Source: Tubulanus polymorphus
Taxonomy: Eukaryota > Animalia > Nemertea
Reading direction: 5' to 3'
Length of the DNA: 64,000 nucleotides
NCBI RefSeq assembly: GCF_964204645.1
Contig: NC_134028.1
Coordinates: 19,351,653 to 19,415,652 of the forward strand
Under the pieces are notes generated by a model, which searched no databases, was not told the origin of the DNA, and saw only the letters and a program-made list of their open reading frames with translations. Positions 36,181-49,403 of this stretch are shown piece by piece. How positions within the stretch are numbered: position 1 is the first letter of the stretch; every line of letters begins with the position of its first letter. Position numbers and translations under genes: made by a program.

Positions 36181-39100
36181 ATGTCCATGACAAGAAGAGA
36201 ACGAGTTTTTCGACTGATAACATTTCTATTCGGATGGTTTGAGTGCCTAGTGTTTGCAGGCTGTCTTTACGGTTGGGTGGCGTTAGTTTTCGTTTTAAAA
36301 CAAGATGGAATATACAGTCATTTATGTGATGAACCTAGTACTAGTAGTAGTAGCAGTCGTCAAAGTGACGTTGACTTTTCCTTAAATACTACCTCGTCAG
36401 AGAGGTATAACACGACCTCACCCGACTCCTCGGAGAGGTATAACACTGTCAACACCTCTTCCTCTGAAGGAAGCCTGGTGTTATACAAAACATGCACTCG
36501 ACAGAATGATAAATTGATGCTCGCTTTTACTGTCGGCATTTTTAGTTTAACCGGTTCAACTGTTTTCGTTGGATGGATTTTTGATCGTTTCGGAACTAGA
36601 ATAACTCGAATTATATCCATGTAAGTTTGTTCCCTCAGCTCTCCTAGTCTGAATACTCGTCTCGCCCGCACTTCAATATACTCGAATATCATATAGTCAC
36701 TAAGCATTGCTCTCTCCCATCATTGCTGTTTTGGCTTGAGAGCGCAGCAGTTGGCCTACCTCAGTCAGTTTTGAGGGTTGGTACATACCTGATAAAAGTC
36801 TTATTAGGACCAGAAAGGACTGGCAGTTGAACTGAAACATTGTATTGAAGGATATCTTGATCCTACTAGGCCTAATGTTTATGTTAAGTTAACTTTGCTT
36901 GAGATGATCGATGTCAAGTCAGATGGCCCAACGAGCAATTATTCTAATCTTTTTCATACTTTATACCTGATAGGACTCAAAAGATCCAGTACAAATGGAC
37001 AGCTGAACTTAAACATCATGTTGATAGAAATTCAAATTATGGGGTCATTTTTCTCTTTCAACCCCATTTTCAACCACTTTATGGCAGATCTTCAATATAC
37101 AGTGCGAAATGGATTAAAAATCAATGTTTCAGTTCAGCTACCCACCTGTGCTGTCCCTATTAAGGCCTTTATCAGGTACATGTATGTACTATTAAACAAA
37201 ACTGACTGAGCTAGGCCATCTGATGTGCTCTCAAGTCAAGTCGAAATAGACATTAGTCGTACAAAACTGACTAAACTAAGCCACACCTGATGTGCTCTCA
37301 AGTCAAGTCGAAATAGACATTAGTCGTACTGTTGACATAAAATGAATGTATTTCTATCTATTTCAGGATCTTATTTTCAAGTGGAAGTTTAATGTTGGGT
37401 TTTGCTAATTCAGGTAGTTGTCAATAGATTAAAAAACGTGTCATAGCAAACTATTGGGCCTTATGTGTTTTGAATTCGTTGGCCTGTCCGTATTTCTCAT
37501 TATTAGCTTTACCCATGTTTCAGATATTCCTGTGCTGATATTTCCTGGTTTGTGTTGCTTTGGAATTGGTGGAATAATGTTACTTGTTACAAACATGCAG
37601 GTAAAAATATCACCCCTGTGACCCCAGTCCTACACCTCTGGCAGGTCCTTGCCCCTTCTTTGAGGACTGAAGGACCCCCTTACCCCTCTGGTGTGTAGGA
37701 GTGAAATCCATAACTATGTAGTTTGCAGGAGATGGAGACCAGTGAATACACCAGTGAAGGGGAAGGGACCCCTTACCCTCTGGGGTGTAGGTCTCTTACC
37801 CTCTAGTTACCTGGGTCACTACTTGCACATAGGGATGTTTTCGGAGACAATTTTGTAAAATCAGGTGCACCCTGAGCACTTTCCTGGTAGAAATTAAGAA
37901 TGAAATACGGTCGACTGCGCTTTATTTGGAGCCGATGTATTTTCACATATTTCATAGATTTTTGCTAGTCTTCAATGCATAATTCATTTTTAGCCCACTT
38001 GGGACTTAGGTAAGTTCACTTTTCGTCGGTTCGTCTTTAGATGGAATCCCGTTATTTTGGGAAGTTTTGAAGACGCTTCAATGTAATGCCCTTATATTTG
38101 GGTTACATGTGTATCTATCCTAGACACATCTTCAGCCCAAAAACTGGCCCTTTCAGATTCAACATGGCCGACTGAGAGCCATTATTGTTCGCCAAATGAG
38201 CACTTTTCACACATTTCAAGTTTTCAAGGGAAATTTTGAAGACGCTTTGATCAATTATCTTGATCTTTCATATGTATTTGTATCCCCAATGGTTTATCAG
38301 CATGAGAAAAATTGGGTCGATCGGACACAAGATGGCCATCCTGTGACCGTTTTTGTGCCCAAAAATGTTAATTTTGGCCAAAATTCTGAGTCCTGTAGCT
38401 ACTGGTTTGCGATTTTTCATTGAAATTCGTGGCGGCTATTCTATGGAAAGGGATCTTCAATAGCTGAGACAGGGTAATTTTTTATCAGCCAATTATCACG
38501 CAATTGGTGGCCATTTTGAACTCAGTATCAGTACTCATTCATAGGTGGAAAAAAGTTTTTCCACATTATATTGATACCTAACCATATTTTGTAACCACAA
38601 TCAATTGGAAAGTTGTCGCTCATAACATGTTCTATGGTTGTAGTGAGTTTCAAGGTCATTGACTTTTGTATCTGGCCACCAGGAGGCGTTGAATAATACA
38701 ATAAATCAGTATATTCGATATATATGATATTCATACCTATGCATATTTTGTTACCACAATCAATTGCAAAGTTGTTGCTCATGACGTGGTCTATGATGGT
38801 GGTGAGTTTCAAGGTCATAAGTTATTCTATATGGTCACCAGGGGGCGTTGACTTGAAGAATAACTTAGTATTTCTTTATTATATTGGTACCTAGGCATAT
38901 TTTTTTACCATAATCAATTGCTAAATTGTAGCTCATCACATATTCATCACATATATATGAGTTTCAAGGTCATCGGGTTTAGTATATGATCACCAGGGGG
39001 CGTTAATTAGTAGAATAACTTAGTATTTCCTTATTATATTGGCACGGAGGTATATAGCCCTATTGTTATCACAACCAATTGCAAAATTGTGGCTGCTGAC

Positions 39101-40921
39101 ATGTTCTACGAATAACAAGAATGTTCAATGAATGTGGTGAGTTTCAAGGTCATTGGTTTTTGAATATTGAAAATGTTAGATTGTTGAGCATTTGAAACCA
39201 CTTTCCAAGTGGTCACGGTGTCCCTGAACGGTATCCCCTTAATATCCTTCAGTGTGTAGTGGAGACGCTTACCTGATGTGTATGATATTGTAGGCCTATA
39301 TTGCATACGTTTTTCAGATCGGTAATTATTTCAACGTGGCTCGTTTAACAGTCGTGACTTTATACAACGCTACATTTGACACTTCATCATCAATGCTGTT
39401 GATGATAAAGGTACTGTATACATCACTCACCGTCAAACCATACTACAGTCAACCCTACATGTGAGCAGGATATCGGGGGTTGACTGTATACCATCATACC
39501 ACACCATTGTACCATACCAGATCAACATGATTAAACTTGAGTATCATTTACAGGTGCTGCATGCAGCTGGTGTCAAGAGATTACATTGTTTTATAACTCT
39601 GTGCATATTGAATGTGGTTATTGTATCAATCAGCACATTCGCTTTACTTCCAAAATTCAAAGTTTTCCCGAAAGATCGAAAAGATAAAAGGAACAAAGTT
39701 CTAGTCGAGTTGATTCCGAATGAAGACGACACCACAGATGGAATCAAAATGGGGAAATTATCAGAAATATCAGAAACGGTGAAAGAAAAAGATTCATTGA
39801 CACCAGGTACAATTTTAGATAGAGCAGATGATAGTTTAAATACTGCAAAGACAGTGCTTGAACTCTAGTTAAATCCATCTCATTGTACTATTTTTAATAA
39901 AGTTGATGTCGAGATGGAGCCACTTCCCACCATGATGACAGTAAAAGGGTTAAAGGATTATCTCGTCAGTAGAGTGTATCTATTTGAATTGATGTGGCAC
40001 GCGATCATTCAACTACAATTCAATTATTACATGGGAACCTTAAATACAATGATTACTGACATCACTAACAATGACACTTATAAAGGTATACTTCTCACGC
40101 TTAACATTCATTTTATTTGCAAACGATATCTTACTCATGATGTTTACATTTTATTTCCTATAGTGAGTTTTCTGACTAATGTATTTTCCTATATTCTGAT
40201 GTGCGGTATATTTTTCGGACCTCTGGAAGGATTATTTTTACATTTAGAAAAGAAGCGACTCCAGCGTAAGTACATGGGAGGGGATGGGTCTCTCAGAGTA
40301 TTGATATTTCTAATAGGCCTATGTATCTTTATGTATTTTCTAGGTGATAATCCTAGTTATTACGATCAACTGAGACCTGCCGCTCTACCTCAAGCACTTT
40401 GTAGCACTCTTTGTCTATTATTATCAGTATTGGTTTTAATACCCGTTGAAAAACTACTGTATCTGCAGTTCATTAGTTTAACGATATTCAGAGCATTTCT
40501 TTATGGAATGAATTCGGCATTCCTCTTCATGGCGTAAGTTATTCATTCAACCCATCTTGTAATTGCCTTTTTCAGAAATTGTTCCAATAATTGCTGAATA
40601 TTTGCAGATTCCCAGTTGAACATTTCGGTCGATTGTTTGGTGTATTGATGACGGTTAACGGTATTATTGGAGCTTTACAATATCCATTGTTTAAGTGGGG
40701 AGAAGGTCCTCCTAAAAACTATCTACCAGTAAGTAAAGTGAATGATGAATAGGAGCCTGTTAAGGTTAGATAACTACGCGACATGTGTATAATGGTTTTC
40801 TCTCTAATTTCAGCCATCAGTGTTTATGATTGTACTCGTTTCATTGTCATATTTGCAACCCATTGCAGTGATGTTTGGAGAAAAAACTGATCAAATCTTC
40901 AAACGTCTTCGATGCAAATAG
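36181..40921 (+). CDS. SLC43A3: SLC43 family MFS transporter (SLC43A3-like), 10 exons, 537 aa
   Basis: Exons 36181-36620, 37367-37413, 37524-37600, 39318-39410, 39554-39806, 39903-40085, 40164-40265, 40344-40533, 40608-40728 and 40814-40921. All introns are GT-AG with consistent phases (1614 nt total). SLC43 motifs ECLVFAGCLYGW.ALVFVLKQDG.YSHLC, DRFG.R, TNMQIGN, LYNATFDTSS, FPVEHFGRLFG, LQYPLF. The paralogue assignment is tentative. Confidence 0.9.
37197..37330 (+). repeat. ~66-bp tandem duplication in intron 1
   Basis: CTGATGTGCTCTCAAGTCAAGTCGAAATAGACATTAGTCGTAC occurs twice. Confidence 0.85.
37987..39225 (+). mobile_element. Helentron-associated non-autonomous element (HINE/DINE-1/Pearl-like) in intron 3
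   Basis: Head TTTTTAGCCCACTTGGGA with a GTCC/GTCG microsatellite remnant, ~154-bp internal tandem units, and tail TTCCAAGTGGTC plus a short hairpin. Homologous to copies at 41088-45305 and 50988-52110. Confidence 0.8.
39446..39486. mobile_element. 41-bp Tc1/mariner-type MITE remnant in intron 4
   Basis: TA|CAGTCAACCC...GGGTTGACTG|TA; same termini as 44668-45281. Confidence 0.75.
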
Positions 40922-41499
40922 AATACCTCTACCCTGTTGGTATATGTACAGCCAGATCTCTGTTAACAGTAATCTCTCTTTATTTAGTGTTTTTTACATA
41001 AATTCTGTTTTCAGATATTTTTGTATTGAGTGTTTAAGTTTTGATGTGAATCTCAGTTTTAATTTACTCTTAAAGGGTAACTGATACTTTTTAGCCCACT
41101 TGGGCCTTTACTCCCAAAGTGGGCTATTGTCTATTGTGTTCACTTTTCGTCCGTCGTCAGTAGATGGAATCCAGTTATTTTGGGAAGTTTTTAAGACGCT
41201 TCAGTGTAATGTCTTGATATTTGGGTTACACGTGTATCTATCTACCCTACACACATCTTCAGCCCAAAAAACTGGCCTTTATCAAGATGGCCGACTGGCA
41301 GCCATTGTTGTTCGCCAAAATCAGCACTTTTAACACATTTTTTAACTTTGAGGGAAATTTTCAAGATGCATGATCAATTACCTTGGCCTTTCGTATATAT
41401 TTGAATCCCCCAAGGGTCCAGCAGCATAAGAACTAGGGGTCCAGGGACACCATGCTCACTTGGGAAGTGATTTCAAATGCTCAATCTTTTTATTTCAAT

Positions 41500-41776
41500 G
41501 AATCAATTGCAGATCACAATATCCGTGATAAAACGATACGAGTAAAATCCCACAATAAATGAATTAAGTGATAAAATGTTTATTAAAATATATGAGAAAT
41601 ATTTCGGGTGGTTACTACCACCCTTCTTCAGTGTAAAATGACTTGCCGAATACAGCACTGTATTCGGCAAGTCATTTTAGACTGAAGAAGGGTGGTAGTA
41701 ACCACCCGAAATATTTCTCATATATTTTAATAAACATTTTATCACTTAATTCATTAATTGTGGGATTTTACTCGTA
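41500..41776. mobile_element. Penelope-like inverted pLTR insertion (242-bp palindrome) with 13-bp TSD
   Basis: Palindrome 41536-41777 centred at 41656/41657. TTTTTATTTCAAT duplicated at 41487-41499 and 41777-41789. Confidence 0.75.
41676..41722 (+). ncRNA. Minimal type I hammerhead ribozyme (mirror copy on - strand at ~41591-41637)
   Basis: CTGAAGA(41682-41688), A, stem II GGGTGGT/ACCACCC with loop AGTA, GAAA(41708-41711), palindromic ATAT in place of stem III, short stem I AGA/TCT, followed by AATAAA. Confidence 0.65.
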
Positions 41777-44667
41777 TTTTTATTTCAATATTCAATGTCC
41801 CCTGGTGACCATATATACTAGGGGTCTAGGGACAGCATGCCTAATCTAACAATTTCAATATTCAACGCACCAATGACCTTGAAAAATCCAATGACCTTGA
41901 AACTCACCACAATCATAGAACATGTCAGCAGCTACAATTTAGCAATTGAATGTGGTAACAAAATATGCCTAGTTACCAATATGATATGAAAATACTAAGT
42001 AATTCTACTATTCAATGCCCCTGGTAACCATATGCAAAACCCAATGACCTTGAAACTCACCATAATCATAGAACATGTCATGAGCTACAACTTTGCAATT
42101 AATCATGGTAACAAAATATGCCTATGTACCAATATAATAAGGAAATACTACGTTATTCCACTATTCAACGCCCCCTAGTGACAATATAGAATAACTTATG
42201 TCCTTAAAACTCACCACAATCATAGACCATGTCATGAGCTACAACTTTCCAATCGATTGTGGTAACAGAAAATGCATAGGTACGAATATAATATAGAAAT
42301 ATTAAGTTATTGTTTTGTTCAACGCCCCCCTGGTGGCCATATACAAAAACCAATGACCTGAAAACTCACCACGATCATAGACCATGTCATGAGCTACAAC
42401 TTTTCAATTGATTGTGGTAAAAAAATATGCTTAAGTATCAATATAATGTGGGAAAACTTCTTTCCACCTACGAATGAGTACTGATGACACCAAGATGGCC
42501 ACCAATTCGTCATAATTGCCTCATCTAATATACCTGTCTCGTGTATAAGAGATCCCTAAATGATATGTGGGACTAGCTCAGATATGTGATATGTGTTGTC
42601 CGTGAAATGATTGTCCGTAAAATAAAGAAATGACCACTCGTGAATCCTTTCCAAAGAACACCCATCACAAATTGTAATGAAAAATGGCAAACCATTAGGA
42701 AGCTACAGGATTCACAATTCAGGCCAAAATTGGCATTTTTGGGCACAAAAAAAGGTCACAGGACAACCATCTTGTGTCCGATCGACCCAATTTTTCTTAT
42801 GCTGATGGGCCCTTGGGGGATACAAATATATACGAACGATCAAGGTAATTGATAAAAGAGTCTTCAAAATTTCCCTCGAAAACTTCAAAAATGTGTAGTG
42901 CTGAGCAACAATGGCTGCCAGTTGGCCATCTTGAATCTGACAGGGCCAGTTTTTGGGCTGAAGATGTGTCTAGGGTAGATACACGTATAAACCAAATATC
43001 AAGACATTACCTTGAAACGTCTTCAAAACTTACCAAAATAACTGGATTCCGTCTACGGATGGACGACGGATGAAAAGTGAACGCAATAACCCACTGGGAC
43101 TAGATTCCCAAGTGGGCTAAAAAACCAATGACCTTGAACCTCACCACAATCATAGAACATATCAGCAGCTACGATTTTATAATTTATTGTGATAACAAAA
43201 TATGCCTTGTTACCAATTTAATTTGGAAATACTAAGTTATTCTACTATTCAACGCCCCCTGGTGACCATATGCAAAACCCAACGACCTCGAAACTCACCA
43301 CAATCATAGAACATCTCATGAACTACAACTTTGCAATATGATCAAGGTAACAAAATATGCCTAGGTACTAATCTTATAAGGAAAGGCACCAATCTAATTA
43401 GGAAATGTATTCTACTATTCAACACCCTCTGGTGGCCATATGCAAAACCCAATGACCTTGATCATGTCATGAGCCACAACTTTGCAATTGGTAACAAAAT
43501 ATGCATAGGTATAAATGTAATATAGAAATACTAAGTTATTGTATTATTCAATGCCCCCTGGTGGCCATATACAAGAACCAATTACCTTGAAACTCACCAA
43601 AATTAAAGAACATGTTATGAGCTACAACTTTCCAATTGATTGTGGTAACGAAATATGCTTAGGTATCGATATAATGTGGAAAAACTTTTTCCCACCTTCG
43701 AATCAGTACTGATGACACAAAGATGGCCACCAATTGCGCCATAATTGGCCGATAAAAAATACCTGTCTCAGGTATAAAATATCCCTTTCCAAAGTATATC
43801 CATCACATTTTGCAATGAGAAATAGTAAACCAGTAGGAAGCTTCAGGACTCAGAATTCGGACCAAAATTGACATTTTTGGGCACTTGATAGGTCATAGGA
43901 CGGCTATCTTTTGTCTGATCGACCCAATTTTTCTAATGCTGATTGGCCCTTGGGGGATTCAAATATATACGAAAGATCATGGTAACTGATCAAAGCGTTA
44001 TCAAAATTTTCCTCAAAAAGTTCAAAAATGTGTAAAGGGCGGATTTTGGTGAACAACAATGGCTGCCAGTCAGCCATCTTGATTCTGACAGGGTCAGTTT
44101 TTGGGATGAAGATGTGTCTAGGGTAGAAACATGAATAACCCAAATATCAAGACATGACATTGAAGCTTCTTCAAAACTTCCCAAATTAACTGGATTCCGT
44201 CTACGGACGAACGAAAAGTGAACGCATTAGCCCGCTGGGACTTAAGTCCCAAGTGGGCTAAATACTAAGTTATTGCATTGTTCAACGCCCCCTGGTGGCC
44301 ATATACAAAAGCCGATGACCTTGAAACTCACCACGATCATAGACCATGTCATGATCTACAACTTGCCAATTGATTGTGGTGACAAAATATGCTTAAGTGT
44401 CAATATAATATGGAAAAACCTTTTTTCCACCTACGAATGGGTACTGATGACACCAAGATGGCCGCCAATTGTGTCATAATTGCTAATATTCTTTTGGAAA
44501 GGGATCTTTTATACCTGAGACAGGTATTTTTGATCAGCCAATTATGACGCAATTGGCATTCATAGGTGGAAAAAAGGTTTTCCACATTATATTGATACCT
44601 ACAGGTAAGTTATATTATGTTACCACAATCATTTAGAAAGTTGTAGCTCGTAATGTCTTCTATAATA

Positions 44668-45281
44668 CAGTCAACCCCGCATAAGTCGTCATCGAATTAG
44701 TCGTATCGTCACATATCTTGTATAATTAATTTGGTCCAAATTTTCTTCTTTAAACCTTATCATATTATGCTTATAACCCGTACTTCAAATGTCGTATTTT
44801 CACGTAATTCGTATCAATTTTAGAAGCCAAATCTTCTGATTCCATTCAAAATACATCGGGTAAGTCGCGGCCCGAAATGCCGGCAGCAGATAAATAATAT
44901 GCTACAATATTGTCAGTGTAAGGGTTCAGACAGTTACAATATAATTTCTTGTGACGTTGTCCGAGTGGTACACGTGACAGCTTTGATTGATTGACCGATA
45001 TAGGATCTGCTCATGATACGACCAGGAACATGATGAACCATGCTGGAATCTTAGCGTCGTATATAGCCACGACCACACGAGCATTTTTGGACCGGGCCAA
45101 ATTTCCTATAAAATTTATATCTTCTATAATATTTATATTTTCCTATAAAATATCCGGAATTCCTATAAAACAGCGACTTAAAGATAACTCCTAAAAGTAC
45201 GACTTACACGTAACTCGTATATCACGTAAGTCGTAGTAAAATCCTCAGTCCCAAGGACTACGACTTATGCGGGGTTGACTG
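44668..45281. mobile_element. Tc1/mariner (pogo-like) MITE inserted in a HINE
   Basis: TIR CAGTCAACCCCGCATAAGTCGT; TA TSD on both sides. Confidence 0.9.
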
Positions 45282-46829
45282 TATTGGTGAGTTTCAAAGT
45301 CATTTAGTATTAATTTTTCTCTGCGAGAAAAATATAAAATTTGTATCGAACAAGGCATCGATTTCGAATTGTTCAAATTTGACAATTGAAAGTATTTAAA
45401 TGGATTGATTTATCGGAAATTATGGTGATTATCTGGAATTGGATTTAAACTACCTTTATTTAGGCTATGTATGTGGATTGGCGAGCGATGTGGTAGTTCT
45501 TCATTTAGTAAGATCAAAATCTGTGAATGCTTAAAATATCACTTCAATTTGATCGATTTAGCCTATTCAAATTACTTGATTCTCTGAAATAAAATGTAGG
45601 TTTATTACACAAAAGACAATAGATCCCCCTACCTACCTGGCCACACTTTCAAAGCTATAAAACAATCTGGCATACACAGAAAATACACGCAGCTTCCTCA
45701 AAATTCAATGCATTTCTTTAGACACTATTTCTCAGCTATACCGTTTATGACTTAGCAGCGTGCTCCTGCTGGTTTGGGACCATTCATTTATTTATTTAAC
45801 ATATGCACATTAGGGGGGAGAGGGGGTTATGTCTGTTATACAGCTAATAGCTACTTTACGATACTCGGCGCTAACAATCAATCTAACAATCAATCTGACA
45901 ATATTGTACCGCGAATCTGTCTGAAATCATGTTCACATAAAATTGGTCTTTTTGCATTGTTGTCTTACTTCTTATTAATTAATTAATTTTTTCTCACGAA
46001 CGTACGCAGAAGGGAGTGGCTCTGAACGTATGTGAAAAATCTGAATTTTATGAGTATGTAATAAATGAATGGTCCCTTTAGCCGATGCTGAACAGTAAGC
46101 AATGTAAACAATGAAATGAGGTTTTAAAAATCATGTTAAAAAATTGTGCTTAAACTAAACATTTCTGAACAAAACCGTTTAAGATCAGTGTATAGATCAA
46201 TAGAGTACATCATATAATGAAATAAAAAAAGTGTCAGTAACCCTTTTATGAAATTTAAGCCAGTAGGTACTTTGTTCTATGTATGTATGTATATATGTAC
46301 GTACTTATATCTGTCTAACATAAAATACATACAATACGTTTTGTACCTGTACTTACAATTGTAGATATATGATGTATTGTAGCACAGTTTAATAATGTAT
46401 GGCTTAATTTAATCATTCTATAGTATAAACTATTTTAGGGTGTCTACATGTATTTCTGTTTTATTTGAATTAATGTAGTTTTATGGATTGGTTTTATTGA
46501 AAGCAGATTTATTTTCCTGATGAATTGTAGTTTAGTATCGAGGAAAAGCTCTAGAGCCATGGTGTTAGGCAGGCGGCAGCTTGAGGCAGGAAACAGTGCA
46601 GGCCAACGGGCAGATACAGACCGTGTCACAAGACCCAGCCAAAATGATTTTCTGTCCTACCAGTTGGAAGAACGAAGCTGGTATTTTCTGGACTCGATAA
46701 ATATGTTGCTGGGACAATAGACTCTAAAACGAATAGTCCATGTTGGGAACAATGAATGCTCTTTTTCAGTGTCTTGAAACAGGTATATTAGCGAGCTTAT
46801 AATGGGGCTCTTATTGATGATGAAGAGAT

Positions 46830-47512
46830 AAACCTCGTCTACACTAGCGAGTTGTACCCGGGTTTCAGCGTACCTGGGTCCAACAAAAACATGCGTTCGC
46901 AGTGAGTAACGTCTACACTTAACACAGTTTCGGTAGTAAGAAGCAACATCTGTAATGCAAGTTCAAGGTCAATTGTGGCGCCCAAACCCTGCATTGAACA
47001 CGGGTTCACTGTCTACACTAGCAAAAAATGCCAAGTTTTAGACGAACGCAGGTTGAATGCGGGATGTTCCCTTCTTTTTCAAGAAGAGTTTCTAAAACCC
47101 GGGGTTTGCGGAAAACTCTACAGTGTTTCGAGCGTAGTGCAGACGCGTAAGCCCGGGTTCAAAATGCTAGTGTAGACGTAGCTTTAGGTAGTTGCTTTTT
47201 CTCATACCGACATCACAAGCTATGTCTATACTTGCTTCTTATACCCAGGTTACGCATCTAAACTACGATCAAAACACGGATTCAATGCAGTTTTCCGCAA
47301 ATCCCGGTTTTTGAAACCATTCTTGAAAGAGTAGGGTACACTCCACAATAAACCCACGTTTGCGTAAAACGGGCGCCACAATTGACCTTGAACTATGAAT
47401 GTGGATTGGTACAACTGAAGCTGAGTTAAGTGTGGACGCTACTTGCTGTGAACGTGGGTTTTCTTCAGCTACATCAAAACCAAAGTTCAATGAGCTAGTA
47501 AAGACGTGGTTA
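46830..47512. mobile_element. Two adjacent, oppositely oriented PIF/Harbinger-like MITE copies
   Basis: CGTCTACACTAGC...GCTAGTGTAGACG (46836-47180). A diverged second copy 47218-47510 shares the inverted internal sequence (AAACC.GG..TTTGCGGAAAACT). Confidence 0.6.
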
Positions 47513-48076
47513 CAAACTACTTATAGTCTACACTCATTTGACGATCAGTGGCATTCCATTTTTGCCAGCATTCAGAGTGAAAATTACCTTCATTTAGCTG
47601 TGTCGCATTCCTTAATTTCCGTAAAGTTTACGTGAGCTTCAGCGCTCCTTATCCCCCTCTTCCTGATAGGCCTGTTTCATGCTCCAAAATGCTGATTGGA
47701 ACCAATAATAACGGCACAAAAGGCTTTCAGCAACAGGGAAATGTGTTTGTTTGTGACACTTGGCTAATATTTCTATGGTCCATACTGGAGAAGATATGGC
47801 CTGTTTGAACAGTCATTGGGTAGGCCATACCATTTAGTGGAAATTTTTATTAAGAAAAAAAGGTAGTCACTCACTGAAACGGCGAGCTGCCTAGTGGCGC
47901 CCTCCATGAGCCTGGGGAAACCCCATCAAATTTTGAAAAAAGGCTTTGAAAGATGCGTTCTGAGAGCCTCTAGAGTACCAAATTGAGACAAATCATATGA
48001 TGCATAAATATTCATAACTACAGAACTCTGGGAGAAATTATTGGGACCCAGTTCCACCACCCCTAACATGGTTTAA

Positions 48077-48352
48077 AGAGCCGTCGGAAGGAATTTTTCA
48101 GTGGCGAGGCTTATTTCTCAAGGGGGTATGGGGGCCCTCCCTTAGAAAAATTTTGAAAATTCAATGGCCGGAGATGGCCGGAGATGCGTTTTGGGGCCAT
48201 TTCAGTCTCATTCACAGAAGCATGAGAACCCGTGAGCCAACCACCTAGTACAGAGAACGACGAGCTGCTACGCGGTACAGTGTGCTTTTGAAAAAAATTT
48301 TGTTAAGCAAAAAAGTGGGGCGGCTTTGGCCACCCCTGTTGCGACGGCCCTG
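48077..48352. mobile_element. Short hAT-like MITE
   Basis: AGAGCCGTCGGAA ... TTGCGACGGCCCTG termini; TTTAAA on both flanks. Confidence 0.45.
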
Positions 48353-48689
48353 TTTAAACTAAGGTCCAGATCCACCCCTGACTAGAGAATCTGCAATCAG
48401 TGAATTTGTCAACATTGAGGGAAACTTGAAATGAACAACAAACTTCATTATATTCTTATATTTTCATAAACCAATGAATATCACTATTTGTATCAAAAAT
48501 TACATTCTAAATTGGGTAGTCAACCTCAGGTAATCCATAACACTGTGCGGATGAAGTGATGTTCAGTTAGGAGATAATCCTTTTATTCTATGAATTAATA
48601 ATAGTAACCTTACCAACCTAACTCATAATTCATAAGCTTGTCTCTGTATTATCAAAAATTAGTTATTTTTGCCCTTTAAATTAGGACTA

Positions 48690-49403
48690 CAGTCATATCT
48701 CGATACACCGCCAACCTCTATTACTGCCCACATATTTCAAAATACTGAACAGCCGTATCTCAAATGCATTACAAAAATCCCGATTTACCGCCACCGCAAA
48801 TGAATTTCCTTCCTACATTCCTATACAAACACATACATAATCCATTCGATATTCCGTTCGCCAGTGAAAAAAATCGATTAGGTTATGATATACAATACAG
48901 TCATGCCTGAACCATAACTCAGTTCTAAGGTACAATCTACGAGCGAGATAGGTAGGTACAACAATACATTAACAAGTAGAGTAGTGATAGATGGTGCTGT
49001 GGCTTGAATGTCCTGATACCGATCCGCCATCTGAACTAAAAGTGCGCTGCAGTAGTACTGTAGGCCTTTTCCGGTTAGCTCGTGAGTGGATATGTGGTGC
49101 CTGCCGTGTGTACATGGCAATTGATTTTATTTATCATTGAAAACTTAAACGTTATTAGACTGATATGACAGCTCTTGGGTCATCTGAATAAGATACAGAC
49201 CGTGGGATTCAAACCTGATGGCATTGAGACACCGTGGCTAGCGAGTTTAGCGATTCCATCAGGTTCAAATCCCTGCCCGGGGTAGGATGAAATGATGGTA
49301 CAGGAATGGAACGCTTGTAATAAATACCCCGATACACCACCATACTCGCTATACCGGCAAAATCACGAATCCCCGATGTGGGCGGTGTATCGAGATATGA
49401 CTA
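48690..49403. mobile_element. Tc1/mariner-type MITE
   Basis: 23-bp TIR CAGTCATATCTCGATACACCGCC with one terminal mismatch; TA TSD. Confidence 0.85.

Larger units (their letters stand above)
41088..45305. mobile_element. Nested cluster of HINE copies: + copy 41088-41431 resuming ~44490; - copies 41432-43121, 43125-44261 and partial 44262-44480
   Basis: Repeated head palindrome TTAGCCCGCTGGGACTTAAGTCCCAAGTGGGCTAA (44227-44261), GACG microsatellite, tail ACTAGGGGTCCAGGGACACCATGCTCACTTGGGA (41432) and ~154-bp tandem units. Confidence 0.85.
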
